Shown here one piece after another: positions 45,540-54,570 of a stretch of 64,000 nt of DNA. The translations under genes and the position numbers were made by a program. This DNA comes from an uncultured Chlorobiaceae bacterium (GTDB lineage: Bacteria; Bacteroidota; Ignavibacteria; UBA10030; SZUA-254): positions 6,557 through 70,556 of the forward strand of contig CAYPFY010000002.1 in NCBI GenBank assembly GCA_964410105.1, given 5' to 3'. A model generated the notes under the pieces. It saw nothing but the letters and a program-made list of their open reading frames with translations, did no database searches and was not told the origin of the DNA. Position 1 is the stretch's first letter, and every line of letters begins with the position of its first letter.

Positions 45540-47912
45540 CTACCAATGAACAATGATCCGTGAATCAGCATTCCGGAAATACAAATTCCGGACATTCAAA
45601 GGGCCGGTCGAATAGTGAGCCGTTTCATGATTAACCGAGATGTTCCGGATCCCTTCAAACTGATGCATGCATAGATTAATGACGGCGAAACGAGACGTGA
45701 AAGACCCTTCCCGGCCGTCGAACACGATTTCCCTCGATGAAGGATCGAACGAGATCTTCCGCATATAGAACATTCCGTGAGAATAATCGACCGACACGCC
45801 ATCGTCCTCATAATAGAGAAAAGATGATTTCGGGCCGTCATAAACATGAATCTTCAGAGTATCGGAGCTTGTCAGCGAATACTGAGTCACCGGTTGCATC
45901 GGAATAATGGCGCCGGCCCTGACGAACACCGGGAGATCGTTCAACGGCGCATCCACGATAAAATCCTGACCCCCCTTAAAAACCTGTTCCGTCGACAGGC
46001 GGTACCAGCTCCCGGCCGGAAAATAGACCCGGGCAAGCTTCTCGGTGCTCGCAACGGGCGCGACCAGCATATTATCGCCAAAAAGATATTCCTGCTGAAA
46101 CTGTTCCCAGTAGATATGCTCATCGAACGGCGAGTCGAGAGCCAGCGACCGGGCAACCGGCATTCCGGATAAAGTCGTCTGATAGAAAGTCGAGTACACG
46201 TAGGGCAGAAGCTCATAACGGAGGCCGATCACCCGGCGTGAAGCGGCTTCGACCTCTTCGCCGAATGACCAGGGCTCCTGCCGTTTCATCGCGTATTCCT
46301 TATGATTGCGGAAAAACGGAGTAAACGTCCCGATGGAAAGCCATCGGAGAAACAATTCCGGTGTAGCGTCGCCTGAAAACCCGCCGATATCCGGCCCCGC
46401 GAAAGCCACTCCTGAGATTCCCATAGAATTCACCATCCGTACGGCCAGAAGCATATGATCGTCGGAGGGAACATTATCGCCGGTCCAGACCGCTGAGAAC
46501 CTTTGCACCCCTGCATAACCGGCTCTCGTCAGCACAAAAGGGCGGCGCCCGTTCATCAGAGATTTCGCCCCTTCGTACGTACTGCGGGCCATCTCGAGGC
46601 CATAGATATTATGCGCCTGGCTCATCGTCATCGGAGAAACCTCGCCGGCGCACTCGACCAGATCGGGAACATGCTGACCCCAGACGGCGGGCTCATTCAT
46701 ATCGTTCCAGAACCCTTCCACGCCGGGCGAGATCAGTCTTTGGAAGTTCTTCCCCCACCACAGCCTCGCCGCGTCCTTCGTAAAGTCGGGAAAATGACAG
46801 CGCCCCGGCCACACGGACCCCACATAAAAACTTCCATCCGGATATTTCAGGAAAAAGTCATTCTTCGAACCCTCGTCGTAGGCAAAATACCCCGGCTCGA
46901 CTTTGATGCCCGGATCCACGATCGTCACAAGATGGAACCCCCACCGTTTCAGCGTATCGATCATTCTTGCGGGATCCGGGAATCTTTCGGGATTCCAGGT
47001 AAAAATCTTGTACGAATCCATGTAGTGAATATCCAGATAAATCACGTCGGCGGGGATCTTCTTCTCCCGGAAAGTTCTGGCGAGGTTAATCACTTCCCTG
47101 TCGGGATAATAGCTCCATCGGCACTGCTGATAGCCGAGGCCCCAGAGCGGGGGGAGAGGCATTCGTCCGGTGAGATATGTATATCCCTCAATAATTCCTG
47201 CCGGGGATGTTCCCGCGAAGAAGTAATAATTCATTTCCCCTTCGGCAGCGGAGAAGAAAAACCTCTCGTTATCGGTTGACGCCCCGAAATCGAACGTCGT
47301 CCGGCTCGTATTATCCAGAAAAACCCCATAGGCCGAATGATCATGGAGCCCTATAAAAAACGGGATCGAGCTATAAAGCGGATCATCCTCGGTGCCGTAG
47401 GCATAGTGATCCGTGTTCCAGTTCACGAACGACCGGCCCCGCCGGTCGAGTCTCCCCGTCTTCTCCCCCAGTCCGAGGAACCGCTCATCCTGAAAAAGCC
47501 TTTTGAAGCACGAAACAGATGTCCCCTGCCACGTAATGCCGAGGTGAGCATCATCCTCGTTGAGCAGCTTTCCGTCTCTATAAAAGTGAAACCTCAGCGG
47601 GCTCTTTGTCACGATCACGGTCAGTGAGGAGGTTTTCAGAACAACCTGGGCGGGCCCATCCTGGATTTCCGAAAAATTGCCGGAGGCCTCATGAACGACG
47701 GCGTATGAAAAATCCCTCGAGAACTCGTCTTTCGCGGCCCGGAGGCGAACAATATCGGGCCGGTAGACCGTCAGAGAAACCCTTGCATTGGCGGCGACAA
47801 AGACGACGCCGTGATCCGATTTCTTCAGAGAAACGAAATTCCCAAGCTGTTCCGAGACAGCGGCCCATGAAGTCGCGGCCGACAGCAAAAGACACGCGCA
47901 GAAAAAGGTCAT
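45540..47912 (-). CDS. GH31 alpha-glucosidase/alpha-xylosidase
   Basis: GH31 nucleophile motif GFWNDMNEP and acid/base region SAVWTGDN. 790 aa with signal peptide. Confidence 0.9.
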   Translation of the reverse strand: MTFFCACLLLSAATSWAAVSEQLGNFVSLKKSDHGVVFVAANARVSLTVYRPDIVRLRAAKDEFSRDFSYAVVHEASGNFSEIQDGPAQVVLKTSSLTVIVTKSPLRFHFYRDGKLLNEDDAHLGITWQGTSVSCFKRLFQDERFLGLGEKTGRLDRRGRSFVNWNTDHYAYGTEDDPLYSSIPFFIGLHDHSAYGVFLDNTSRTTFDFGASTDNERFFFSAAEGEMNYYFFAGTSPAGIIEGYTYLTGRMPLPPLWGLGYQQCRWSYYPDREVINLARTFREKKIPADVIYLDIHYMDSYKIFTWNPERFPDPARMIDTLKRWGFHLVTIVDPGIKVEPGYFAYDEGSKNDFFLKYPDGSFYVGSVWPGRCHFPDFTKDAARLWWGKNFQRLISPGVEGFWNDMNEPAVWGQHVPDLVECAGEVSPMTMSQAHNIYGLEMARSTYEGAKSLMNGRRPFVLTRAGYAGVQRFSAVWTGDNVPSDDHMLLAVRMVNSMGISGVAFAGPDIGGFSGDATPELFLRWLSIGTFTPFFRNHKEYAMKRQEPWSFGEEVEAASRRVIGLRYELLPYVYSTFYQTTLSGMPVARSLALDSPFDEHIYWEQFQQEYLFGDNMLVAPVASTEKLARVYFPAGSWYRLSTEQVFKGGQDFIVDAPLNDLPVFVRAGAIIPMQPVTQYSLTSSDTLKIHVYDGPKSSFLYYEDDGVSVDYSHGMFYMRKISFDPSSREIVFDGREGSFTSRFAVINLCMHQFEGIRNISVNHETAHYSTGPLNVRNLYFRNADSRIIVHW

Positions 47913-50158
47913 TTCGTCAACTCAAATTCGTTCTTCCTGAGATAGAACCTGTAAGACTTAATCTTGCCGGGGGCGTCCTCCTGTCTCGGAAGATAGCGAA
48001 ACCCGGCGACATTCCTCGACTCACCCAGATCGATCGCAATCGCGTGGGGATGGTCGGGTTTGCTCTTCCCCCACTCTGTATGCCAGATCGTATGAGAATC
48101 GTCATCGAACGCGTTTTCAGCATGTCCGTCCTCAGCGTCGAGCTCCTCGCTGTCGACGGTAAAGACAGACCATTTCTCTCGTGGAAGCGCATGGCCCGCA
48201 GAGTCGAGCAGATAAAACTCCGCGATCGAGGCAAAATGATCGTGCGCCAGCGACGACAGAGATTGCAGACAGGCGAAGCGGGCTGGTCGGGGAGAGAACG
48301 CGACACTTTGCAAGGAATCCCCCAGAAAACCTTCCGCCGCCACATCATGGGAGTCAAGACGAAGTGTTCCTGAAACCCGGTGCGGCAGGGGAGGTTTCAG
48401 TCTGTCCGGAACCAACTCATCGAGCACAGCCCCTTGAGCCCCTTCCACCGATTGCTTCGCGGCCCCGGACTCAAAGACGACGAGGTCGTTCTCGCCCTGC
48501 TTCAGCCATGGCCCCGGCACATACAGAGTCTGCTGCGGCCCTACGTACCAGTAGCGGCCGAGCGGGTGGCCGTTCACCCAGGCGCAGCCCTTATTCCAGC
48601 CGTGCATATCCAGAAAACCGTCGCCCGCCCGTGCAAGCGAAAATTTTCCACGATAGAATCTCGGCCCGGACCGTTCGGAAGTCTGCGTCCAGCGGAGAGA
48701 ATTCAGACTGTCCATAGGAAGTGAAAAAATCTGCCAGTTGACGAACTCACGGCCGTTGACGGTAATTTTTTCAATACCCTTCCGGTTATCCAGCATCTCA
48801 CGACCATAATTGATGCGCCCGCCATTCTCGACGAGAACATCGAGAGTCCCGGAAGTTTTCAGCGCCAGAGGTTTGAATTTATATCTTCTGTCGAGTACGC
48901 CGATTTCATCGCGATTCAGAAAAACCGTGCAATAATCACGCAGCCCCTTGATGACGAGTTCCCCCGGAGAATCGACAGCCGTTCTATACAGAATAAATCC
49001 GTAAGACTGGCCGACATCCTCCATGGAGAGAAGGTTTTTTGATGTGAAAGGTTGAGGCAGCCCGTCGAACAGGCTTACCGATTCCCTCAGCGGCACCTTC
49101 GGAATTCGGACTGGCGGATTCTGCGGCGGGATTTCCCGGGTAGGCGAATACTTCTTCAAAACATCACGGAACGCAAAATACTTCGGCGTAGGCCGGCCCG
49201 TCTCGTCGAGGGGAGCGTCATAATCATAGCTGGTCGGTTGTGGTTGAAACCTTCCCCCGAAATTCGCACCGTTCATGAACCCGAAATTCGTCCCCCCGTG
49301 GAACATATACAGGCTCACCGAGATCCCGTGAGCCAGCAGCCAATCGAGCTCACGTGCGCTCTCAGCGCCATCGACCACGGAATGCTTTTCCCCCCAATGA
49401 TCGAGCCAGCCGGGGTAGAATTCAGGGACAAAGAACGGGCCGTTGGGGCGGAATCGTTTCACCGCTCGAAAAACTTCCTCGCCTGTCGCCCCGTTCACAG
49501 CCGGGAGAACGTCGGGCAGATAAGCATTCGGCATCTGGGAGGGTCCGTCGGCTGTAAAGAGAGGAACCTCAAAGCCGGCATGGCGGATCATGTTTCGAAC
49601 CGAACCCTCGTAGAGCGTATCCTTGCCATAGGATCCGTATTCATTCTCCACCTGCACCATAATAATCGGGCCGCCGCGGGTAATCTGGAGTGAAGTCAGC
49701 TCCTCGCCGACGTGCCTGATATATTCTTCGGAATACCTCAGAAAGCGTTCATCCCGGCTCCTCACAACGAGATCGTGTTCCTTCAGCAGCCACGAGGGAA
49801 ATCCGCCGAACTCCCACTCAGCGCAGGCATAGGGGCCCGGGCGCAGGATAACATACAGCCCGACCTCCTGTGCGGTGCGCACAAAAGCGGCAACATCGGC
49901 CATCCCGGAAAAGTCGAACCGGCCGGGACGGGGCTCATGGACATTCCAGAACATATACGTCGAGACCGTATTGAGCCCCATGCACTTTGCCTTCACCAGC
50001 CGATCCCGCCAGTATTCCCGTGGAATGCGGGAATAATGCATCTCGCCGCTTATAATTTGAAACGGCTTCCCGTTCAACAGAAACTGAGGCCCGTCGGCCG
50101 TAAAAGACTGGGAATAGGCGCAGCTCCAGAACCCGATAATCAATGCGAAAAATTTCAT
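47909..50158 (-). CDS. GH35 beta-galactosidase with C-terminal F5/8-type-C (discoidin) domain
   Basis: Start MKFFALIIGFWSCAYSQ at 50158. GGPIIMVQVENEYG catalytic motif. C-terminal W.TEW...PH.I.IDLG...GFRYLPRQ discoidin pattern. ATGA overlaps at both ends. Confidence 0.9.
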   Translation of the reverse strand: MKFFALIIGFWSCAYSQSFTADGPQFLLNGKPFQIISGEMHYSRIPREYWRDRLVKAKCMGLNTVSTYMFWNVHEPRPGRFDFSGMADVAAFVRTAQEVGLYVILRPGPYACAEWEFGGFPSWLLKEHDLVVRSRDERFLRYSEEYIRHVGEELTSLQITRGGPIIMVQVENEYGSYGKDTLYEGSVRNMIRHAGFEVPLFTADGPSQMPNAYLPDVLPAVNGATGEEVFRAVKRFRPNGPFFVPEFYPGWLDHWGEKHSVVDGAESARELDWLLAHGISVSLYMFHGGTNFGFMNGANFGGRFQPQPTSYDYDAPLDETGRPTPKYFAFRDVLKKYSPTREIPPQNPPVRIPKVPLRESVSLFDGLPQPFTSKNLLSMEDVGQSYGFILYRTAVDSPGELVIKGLRDYCTVFLNRDEIGVLDRRYKFKPLALKTSGTLDVLVENGGRINYGREMLDNRKGIEKITVNGREFVNWQIFSLPMDSLNSLRWTQTSERSGPRFYRGKFSLARAGDGFLDMHGWNKGCAWVNGHPLGRYWYVGPQQTLYVPGPWLKQGENDLVVFESGAAKQSVEGAQGAVLDELVPDRLKPPLPHRVSGTLRLDSHDVAAEGFLGDSLQSVAFSPRPARFACLQSLSSLAHDHFASIAEFYLLDSAGHALPREKWSVFTVDSEELDAEDGHAENAFDDDSHTIWHTEWGKSKPDHPHAIAIDLGESRNVAGFRYLPRQEDAPGKIKSYRFYLRKNEFELTK

Positions 50159-52485
50159 GACCCTTCCGTCACCGTACGAAGCTCCCGGACCTTCGCATAA
50201 AATTCCGGAAGATCCATTTCCTTCAAAAAAATCATCCCGCGGGCTGCCCGAAGTCTGGGATGCGTATGGCTGAGAAAAAAATCCTGACCCAGGCACGTTT
50301 TCACTGCCCGGTACTGCTCCACAAAAATCTTCTGTGCGAGTTCAGAGAAAGGCCCGTCATGCTCATAACTTGGAAATGATGCCGAACTCTGCGACCCGAA
50401 ACAGTTCATGAACGCCGAATGGAGCAATGACAGAGTATTCAGAGAAACCGGGATGAAAACATTCGCCTCAGAAATTTTAAACCGGTACCAGACATTACGG
50501 TATCCCCAGATGCGGAGGCTGGAAGCCTCCTTTTCGTAAAGTCTCACCGCCCCGGCGACAGCCTGAAGAGCTTTATAGTGAGTATCGGGCCCGCTCCCCT
50601 CGGGATCGAAGGCCACGGTCACCACATCCGGGCGAATAAGCCTCAACAGTTCAAGAATTGGCTCGACATCCCGCTCTACCCGGGGCTCCTCCCCAAAAAC
50701 ATCCCCCTGATAAAAGCCGAGCCGGAGGGCGTACACATTCGACGATTCTATCCCGAAATACGCCCAGAGCAGTTCCACCTCCCATTCCCTCAGAGACCCC
50801 TTTAAAACCTGCACATCCGGGGGATCCTTTGCGCCCGGATACTGATTCAGGAAGTACTCCTCGAGAGCCTTACGTTGGAGCAACGCCGCCTCGGGAGAAC
50901 CATAGAGTTCGACGAGATTGCGGAGGAACCGGCATGCTTCGGCCTCATCCTTTTGTTCCTGGCTTTTTGCTGCGGACCCGTCGAGATACTTATAGACATC
51001 CTCCATACGACGGGACGGATCGACGAAATAACCACTCGTTAAAAGCTCCGCGAATTGAGGTTTTTCAACAAACCGGGAAGACTTCTTCAGAATTGAAAAA
51101 ACATATCTGTTCGAAACGGAGGTAAAGCCGGAAGTAAGATTGGCGAAGAAATGCTTGTTGTCGGGATCTCTCACCAGATGATAAATATAAGGAAGGTATG
51201 CGAGCATCACATCGTCCTGATGGGGTTCCGTATGCAGAAATCTGAGACCGGATACGGGCTCGAGGCCCCTTTCAATCTTCCGGACAATCCGGTTATAGGC
51301 AGACTCCGCAAAAAGTTTTTGAGGGGAATCCTGCAAAAGTTCCCTCCCCCGGGGGTCGGCTGAGAAATCATCGCGGGTAATTTCCAGAAGAGATTTATTT
51401 TTCAGAAGCGAAACCGAGATGGCCACCTCATCGGCGGCCTCATCGGGAGCGGGGCGCGATCTCTCAAAATCTTCGAGCCGGCGTTCCGTCAGCAGACTTG
51501 CGGCCCCCCGGGTCAGATAAAACCTGGAATTTTCCAGATCCTGGAGGGCAGATGCCGGATATTGCTGGTGCTTCTTTTCCTCGATAGCCTGCCTGACAAC
51601 GGACGCCTTCGCATCTCCGGCGGCGATGATGATCGCTGTTGCCGAGGAATTACACGTTATAGTCTCCAGACCGATCGTGATCACAAGGCGATTCCTGGAA
51701 ATTTCGACCCCGCCGAGATCCGCTGCGGCGGCGGCCTGCGTCTCATAATTTGTCGCCGTCAGGCGCGTGACGGAATAGAAACTCGACCCGCGGACATTGA
51801 ACGCCACATGTCCGTCTGGTCCGATGCCGCCGAGAAAAAAACCGATCCCCCCGAGATCCCTGATTCTCGATTCATAGTCGGTGCAGAAAGAATCCACGCG
51901 GTTGATGACATCCTTTTGACGTTTTTCCAGGTCCGTCGACGTCTGGCGAACCCGCAGGGACAGATCCACCGAAAAATCCGGAAACAGCTCGCTCATCGAA
52001 GCATTTGAGGGAAGGCCCAGGAAGGTCGCGTCGATCACGAGCGCCCGTGAAGCATCGAGACCAAAACCTTTTATATAAAATTCCGACACATAGTGGTGAA
52101 AACTATTATGCTGCGACGCGTCCATCGGATAAAACTCATCAATCTGGACAAACCGGAGAGACTTCATATCGGGTGGCCGGGAGCGATCGATTCCGTACGC
52201 ATCGAGAACCTCCCGGATGTTTTTGTCATTCCAGTTATGGAGAATACGGGTCACCCACTTGATAAAATACTCGGGAGTTCTTCCTGTCGGGAGGGCAACG
52301 AGTCCTCCGGGATTCTTCAGAACCCATTCCACGAACCGGAACGCGGTGAACTTCCCGAGCAGCGGGAAATTCTCAAGCTCAACGACGTGAATCTTTTCGA
52401 CGGGGGAATAGATGAACTTCCGGCCGGAGCGTTTCACCTCGATACTTTCAGCGGATGACGTCGTATCGTAGACTCTCATCGGCAT
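50155..52485 (-). CDS. long-form glucosamine-6-phosphate deaminase-like protein (NagB N-domain + about 450-aa C-terminal domain of unknown function)
   Basis: NagB motifs LPTGRTP, VQIDEF and GIGPDGHVAFNVRGS in the first about 300 aa. Remaining about 470 aa has no known catalytic motif. Confidence 0.75.
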   Translation of the reverse strand: MPMRVYDTTSSAESIEVKRSGRKFIYSPVEKIHVVELENFPLLGKFTAFRFVEWVLKNPGGLVALPTGRTPEYFIKWVTRILHNWNDKNIREVLDAYGIDRSRPPDMKSLRFVQIDEFYPMDASQHNSFHHYVSEFYIKGFGLDASRALVIDATFLGLPSNASMSELFPDFSVDLSLRVRQTSTDLEKRQKDVINRVDSFCTDYESRIRDLGGIGFFLGGIGPDGHVAFNVRGSSFYSVTRLTATNYETQAAAAADLGGVEISRNRLVITIGLETITCNSSATAIIIAAGDAKASVVRQAIEEKKHQQYPASALQDLENSRFYLTRGAASLLTERRLEDFERSRPAPDEAADEVAISVSLLKNKSLLEITRDDFSADPRGRELLQDSPQKLFAESAYNRIVRKIERGLEPVSGLRFLHTEPHQDDVMLAYLPYIYHLVRDPDNKHFFANLTSGFTSVSNRYVFSILKKSSRFVEKPQFAELLTSGYFVDPSRRMEDVYKYLDGSAAKSQEQKDEAEACRFLRNLVELYGSPEAALLQRKALEEYFLNQYPGAKDPPDVQVLKGSLREWEVELLWAYFGIESSNVYALRLGFYQGDVFGEEPRVERDVEPILELLRLIRPDVVTVAFDPEGSGPDTHYKALQAVAGAVRLYEKEASSLRIWGYRNVWYRFKISEANVFIPVSLNTLSLLHSAFMNCFGSQSSASFPSYEHDGPFSELAQKIFVEQYRAVKTCLGQDFFLSHTHPRLRAARGMIFLKEMDLPEFYAKVRELRTVTEGS

Positions 52486-52498
52486 CGGGGCCGGAGGT

Positions 52499-53362
52499 TC
52501 AGAGAGAGAAATTCGGGAAATTTTTGTTCAGATAATCCCTGACGATGGCGATATCGTCCTGGCGGGTAAGATCGGGCACGTACTCCGAACGGGGAATAGT
52601 CGCCACCGCATTCGGATTTTCGGCCAGAAGCATCATGATAGCCGCGGGCAGATCCTTCTCGTTCCGCACGGGGTGGAGAGGAACGTTGAGCAGAACAGGA
52701 AGGATCACATCATAGGAAAACCGGAAAATGTTCATACTCACACGGATCCTCCCGTACCTATCGGCTGAGGCAGCGATCTCCTCGGGGGTCGGCTTCTCGA
52801 TGATCGCTTCGAGAATCCCCTCCAAACTCTTCCGGAGGACGGAGAACTGTTCAATGCGGGACGGTTCAAACCGAAGGGCACTCCAGTCATAATCGATAAG
52901 CGCCGTTGAGTGCGGGGTTGCCAGAAGAAGGCTGAAGGCTGCACGCGAGTAAAGATTATCCGCATTGCACACGGTAAACTTCTGACCATGCCAGTCCTTT
53001 CGAAACTGTAGAGCGCACGCAAGGGCATCAGCCGTGCCGAGAGGCTTGGATCTCCCCTTGGGAATTGGCTGGATGGCGTAAGAAATCTTGAGACCGTGGA
53101 ACTCATTCCCCTTATCAGCCTTCCCGTAATGGGAGCGAAACGGTTTATCGTCTTCCCCCACAAGAATCACCACATCCTTATAGCCGGATTCGCGGGCGTT
53201 AAAGAGCAGATAATCCATAAGGGGCCGGCGATCCTTGCCGAGTCCGATCATCGCCTTCGATTTTCGAAGAGCCTCTTTCGAGAGGGCCGGGTCGGCTGAA
53301 GACGAAGGCTTCTTCATGCGGGAAGAAATCCCTCCGGCCAGGATGACGAGATTCGGATTCAT
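52499..53362 (-). CDS. sugar-1-phosphate nucleotidyltransferase
   Basis: Start MNPNLVILAGGISSRMKK (G-loop of NTP_transferase) at 53362. ATGA overlap with the upstream kinase. Confidence 0.7.
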   Translation of the reverse strand: MNPNLVILAGGISSRMKKPSSSADPALSKEALRKSKAMIGLGKDRRPLMDYLLFNARESGYKDVVILVGEDDKPFRSHYGKADKGNEFHGLKISYAIQPIPKGRSKPLGTADALACALQFRKDWHGQKFTVCNADNLYSRAAFSLLLATPHSTALIDYDWSALRFEPSRIEQFSVLRKSLEGILEAIIEKPTPEEIAASADRYGRIRVSMNIFRFSYDVILPVLLNVPLHPVRNEKDLPAAIMMLLAENPNAVATIPRSEYVPDLTRQDDIAIVRDYLNKNFPNFSL

Positions 53363-54447
53363 ACGGCAAGGCCCTGTTCGATGCGCGAGCCCTCGTCCGC
53401 GGTAATCACGAAGGCTTTTCCGCCCGCCTTCTCGATAGCCCCGGCGACATTGTGGAAAAAATCGGGGGCGTAGACAAACATACACCCGCCGCCCCCGGAT
53501 CCGTTGATCTTCCCTCCGAGGGCTCCGGCAGAAAGAGCAGCATCGATCATAGCGTCGATCTTCGGAGTAGAAATCTTCAGCACGTCACGCAGGACAGCCT
53601 GATGATCATTCAGCAGAGAGCCGAGGCGGGCGTCATCGGGCGTACGGGACTCGAGAACTGACCGCGCGTCAAGTGTAATCCCGTGATTCCGCACAGTCGC
53701 TTCGAGCAAAAGATAATCCTCAGGCGAAAGAGCGGACTTTAACTGAAGGATTGAGTCGAGAGTTGCATTGAGAAGCGAGAAGTGGGGGAATCCGGCTATG
53801 AGGCGCCGGGAAATATCGAGCACCCGGTCTTTCACCCGTGCCAGAACTTTTTTTGTATCCTTGGGCTCCCCCGAATCTCCCAGCACAAATGCGCCGAGCC
53901 GCGGATTCAGACGGGTCACCTTACATTCAGGGGAAAAATCGATAAACGTCACGCCGCCGAAAGCCGTTGAATACTGATCCATCATCCCTCCCGGTTCGGA
54001 GAATTCAAGCACCTCAGCCTCATAGGCGAATCGTGCGCATTCCGATGCAGAAAGCTCGCGGCATTGATCGCTCATCAGAGCCAGAAACCGGACCCAGCAC
54101 ACGACCAGAGCCGAGGAGCTGGACGTGCCCGCATTGATCGGAATAGTTCCCGAGACGGTACAATCCAGGCCTGACGAAAACGAAAACCCGTGCCGGCGCA
54201 AGACTGTCACGGACGAGCGGAAATAGTCGCGCTCACGGACATAGCCTGCGTCCTCCAGCGAGAACGATTCCCGCGAGCCGATATTGGGCAAGTGTACAAA
54301 AATGCGGGAATCATTGCGGCGGCGTCCCGAAACGGATATTCTCAGCGAGATGGCGCAGGGAATAACCGGAAGCATCAGATAATCCTGATGCTCGCCGAAA
54401 AGACATATCCTCCCGGGAGCAGATACGCACACGTCACCCATTGGCAT
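53359..54447 (-). CDS. GHMP-family sugar 1-kinase (galactokinase-like)
   Basis: N-terminal SAPGRICLFGEHQDY matches the galactokinase signature. GHMP motif II TIPINAGTSSSSA. 362 aa. Confidence 0.75.
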   Translation of the reverse strand: MPMGDVCVSAPGRICLFGEHQDYLMLPVIPCAISLRISVSGRRRNDSRIFVHLPNIGSRESFSLEDAGYVRERDYFRSSVTVLRRHGFSFSSGLDCTVSGTIPINAGTSSSSALVVCWVRFLALMSDQCRELSASECARFAYEAEVLEFSEPGGMMDQYSTAFGGVTFIDFSPECKVTRLNPRLGAFVLGDSGEPKDTKKVLARVKDRVLDISRRLIAGFPHFSLLNATLDSILQLKSALSPEDYLLLEATVRNHGITLDARSVLESRTPDDARLGSLLNDHQAVLRDVLKISTPKIDAMIDAALSAGALGGKINGSGGGGCMFVYAPDFFHNVAGAIEKAGGKAFVITADEGSRIEQGLAV

Positions 54448-54570
54448 TATCGCTCAAACGTTTCAGCATCCCGCGGATATCCCTGATCCCCCTGACGGTA
54501 ACCAGAATTGTGACAGTCGAATACCAGAGGAGGCAGCCCGCCAATAGAAGCCACCAGAACCAATGGCTCG

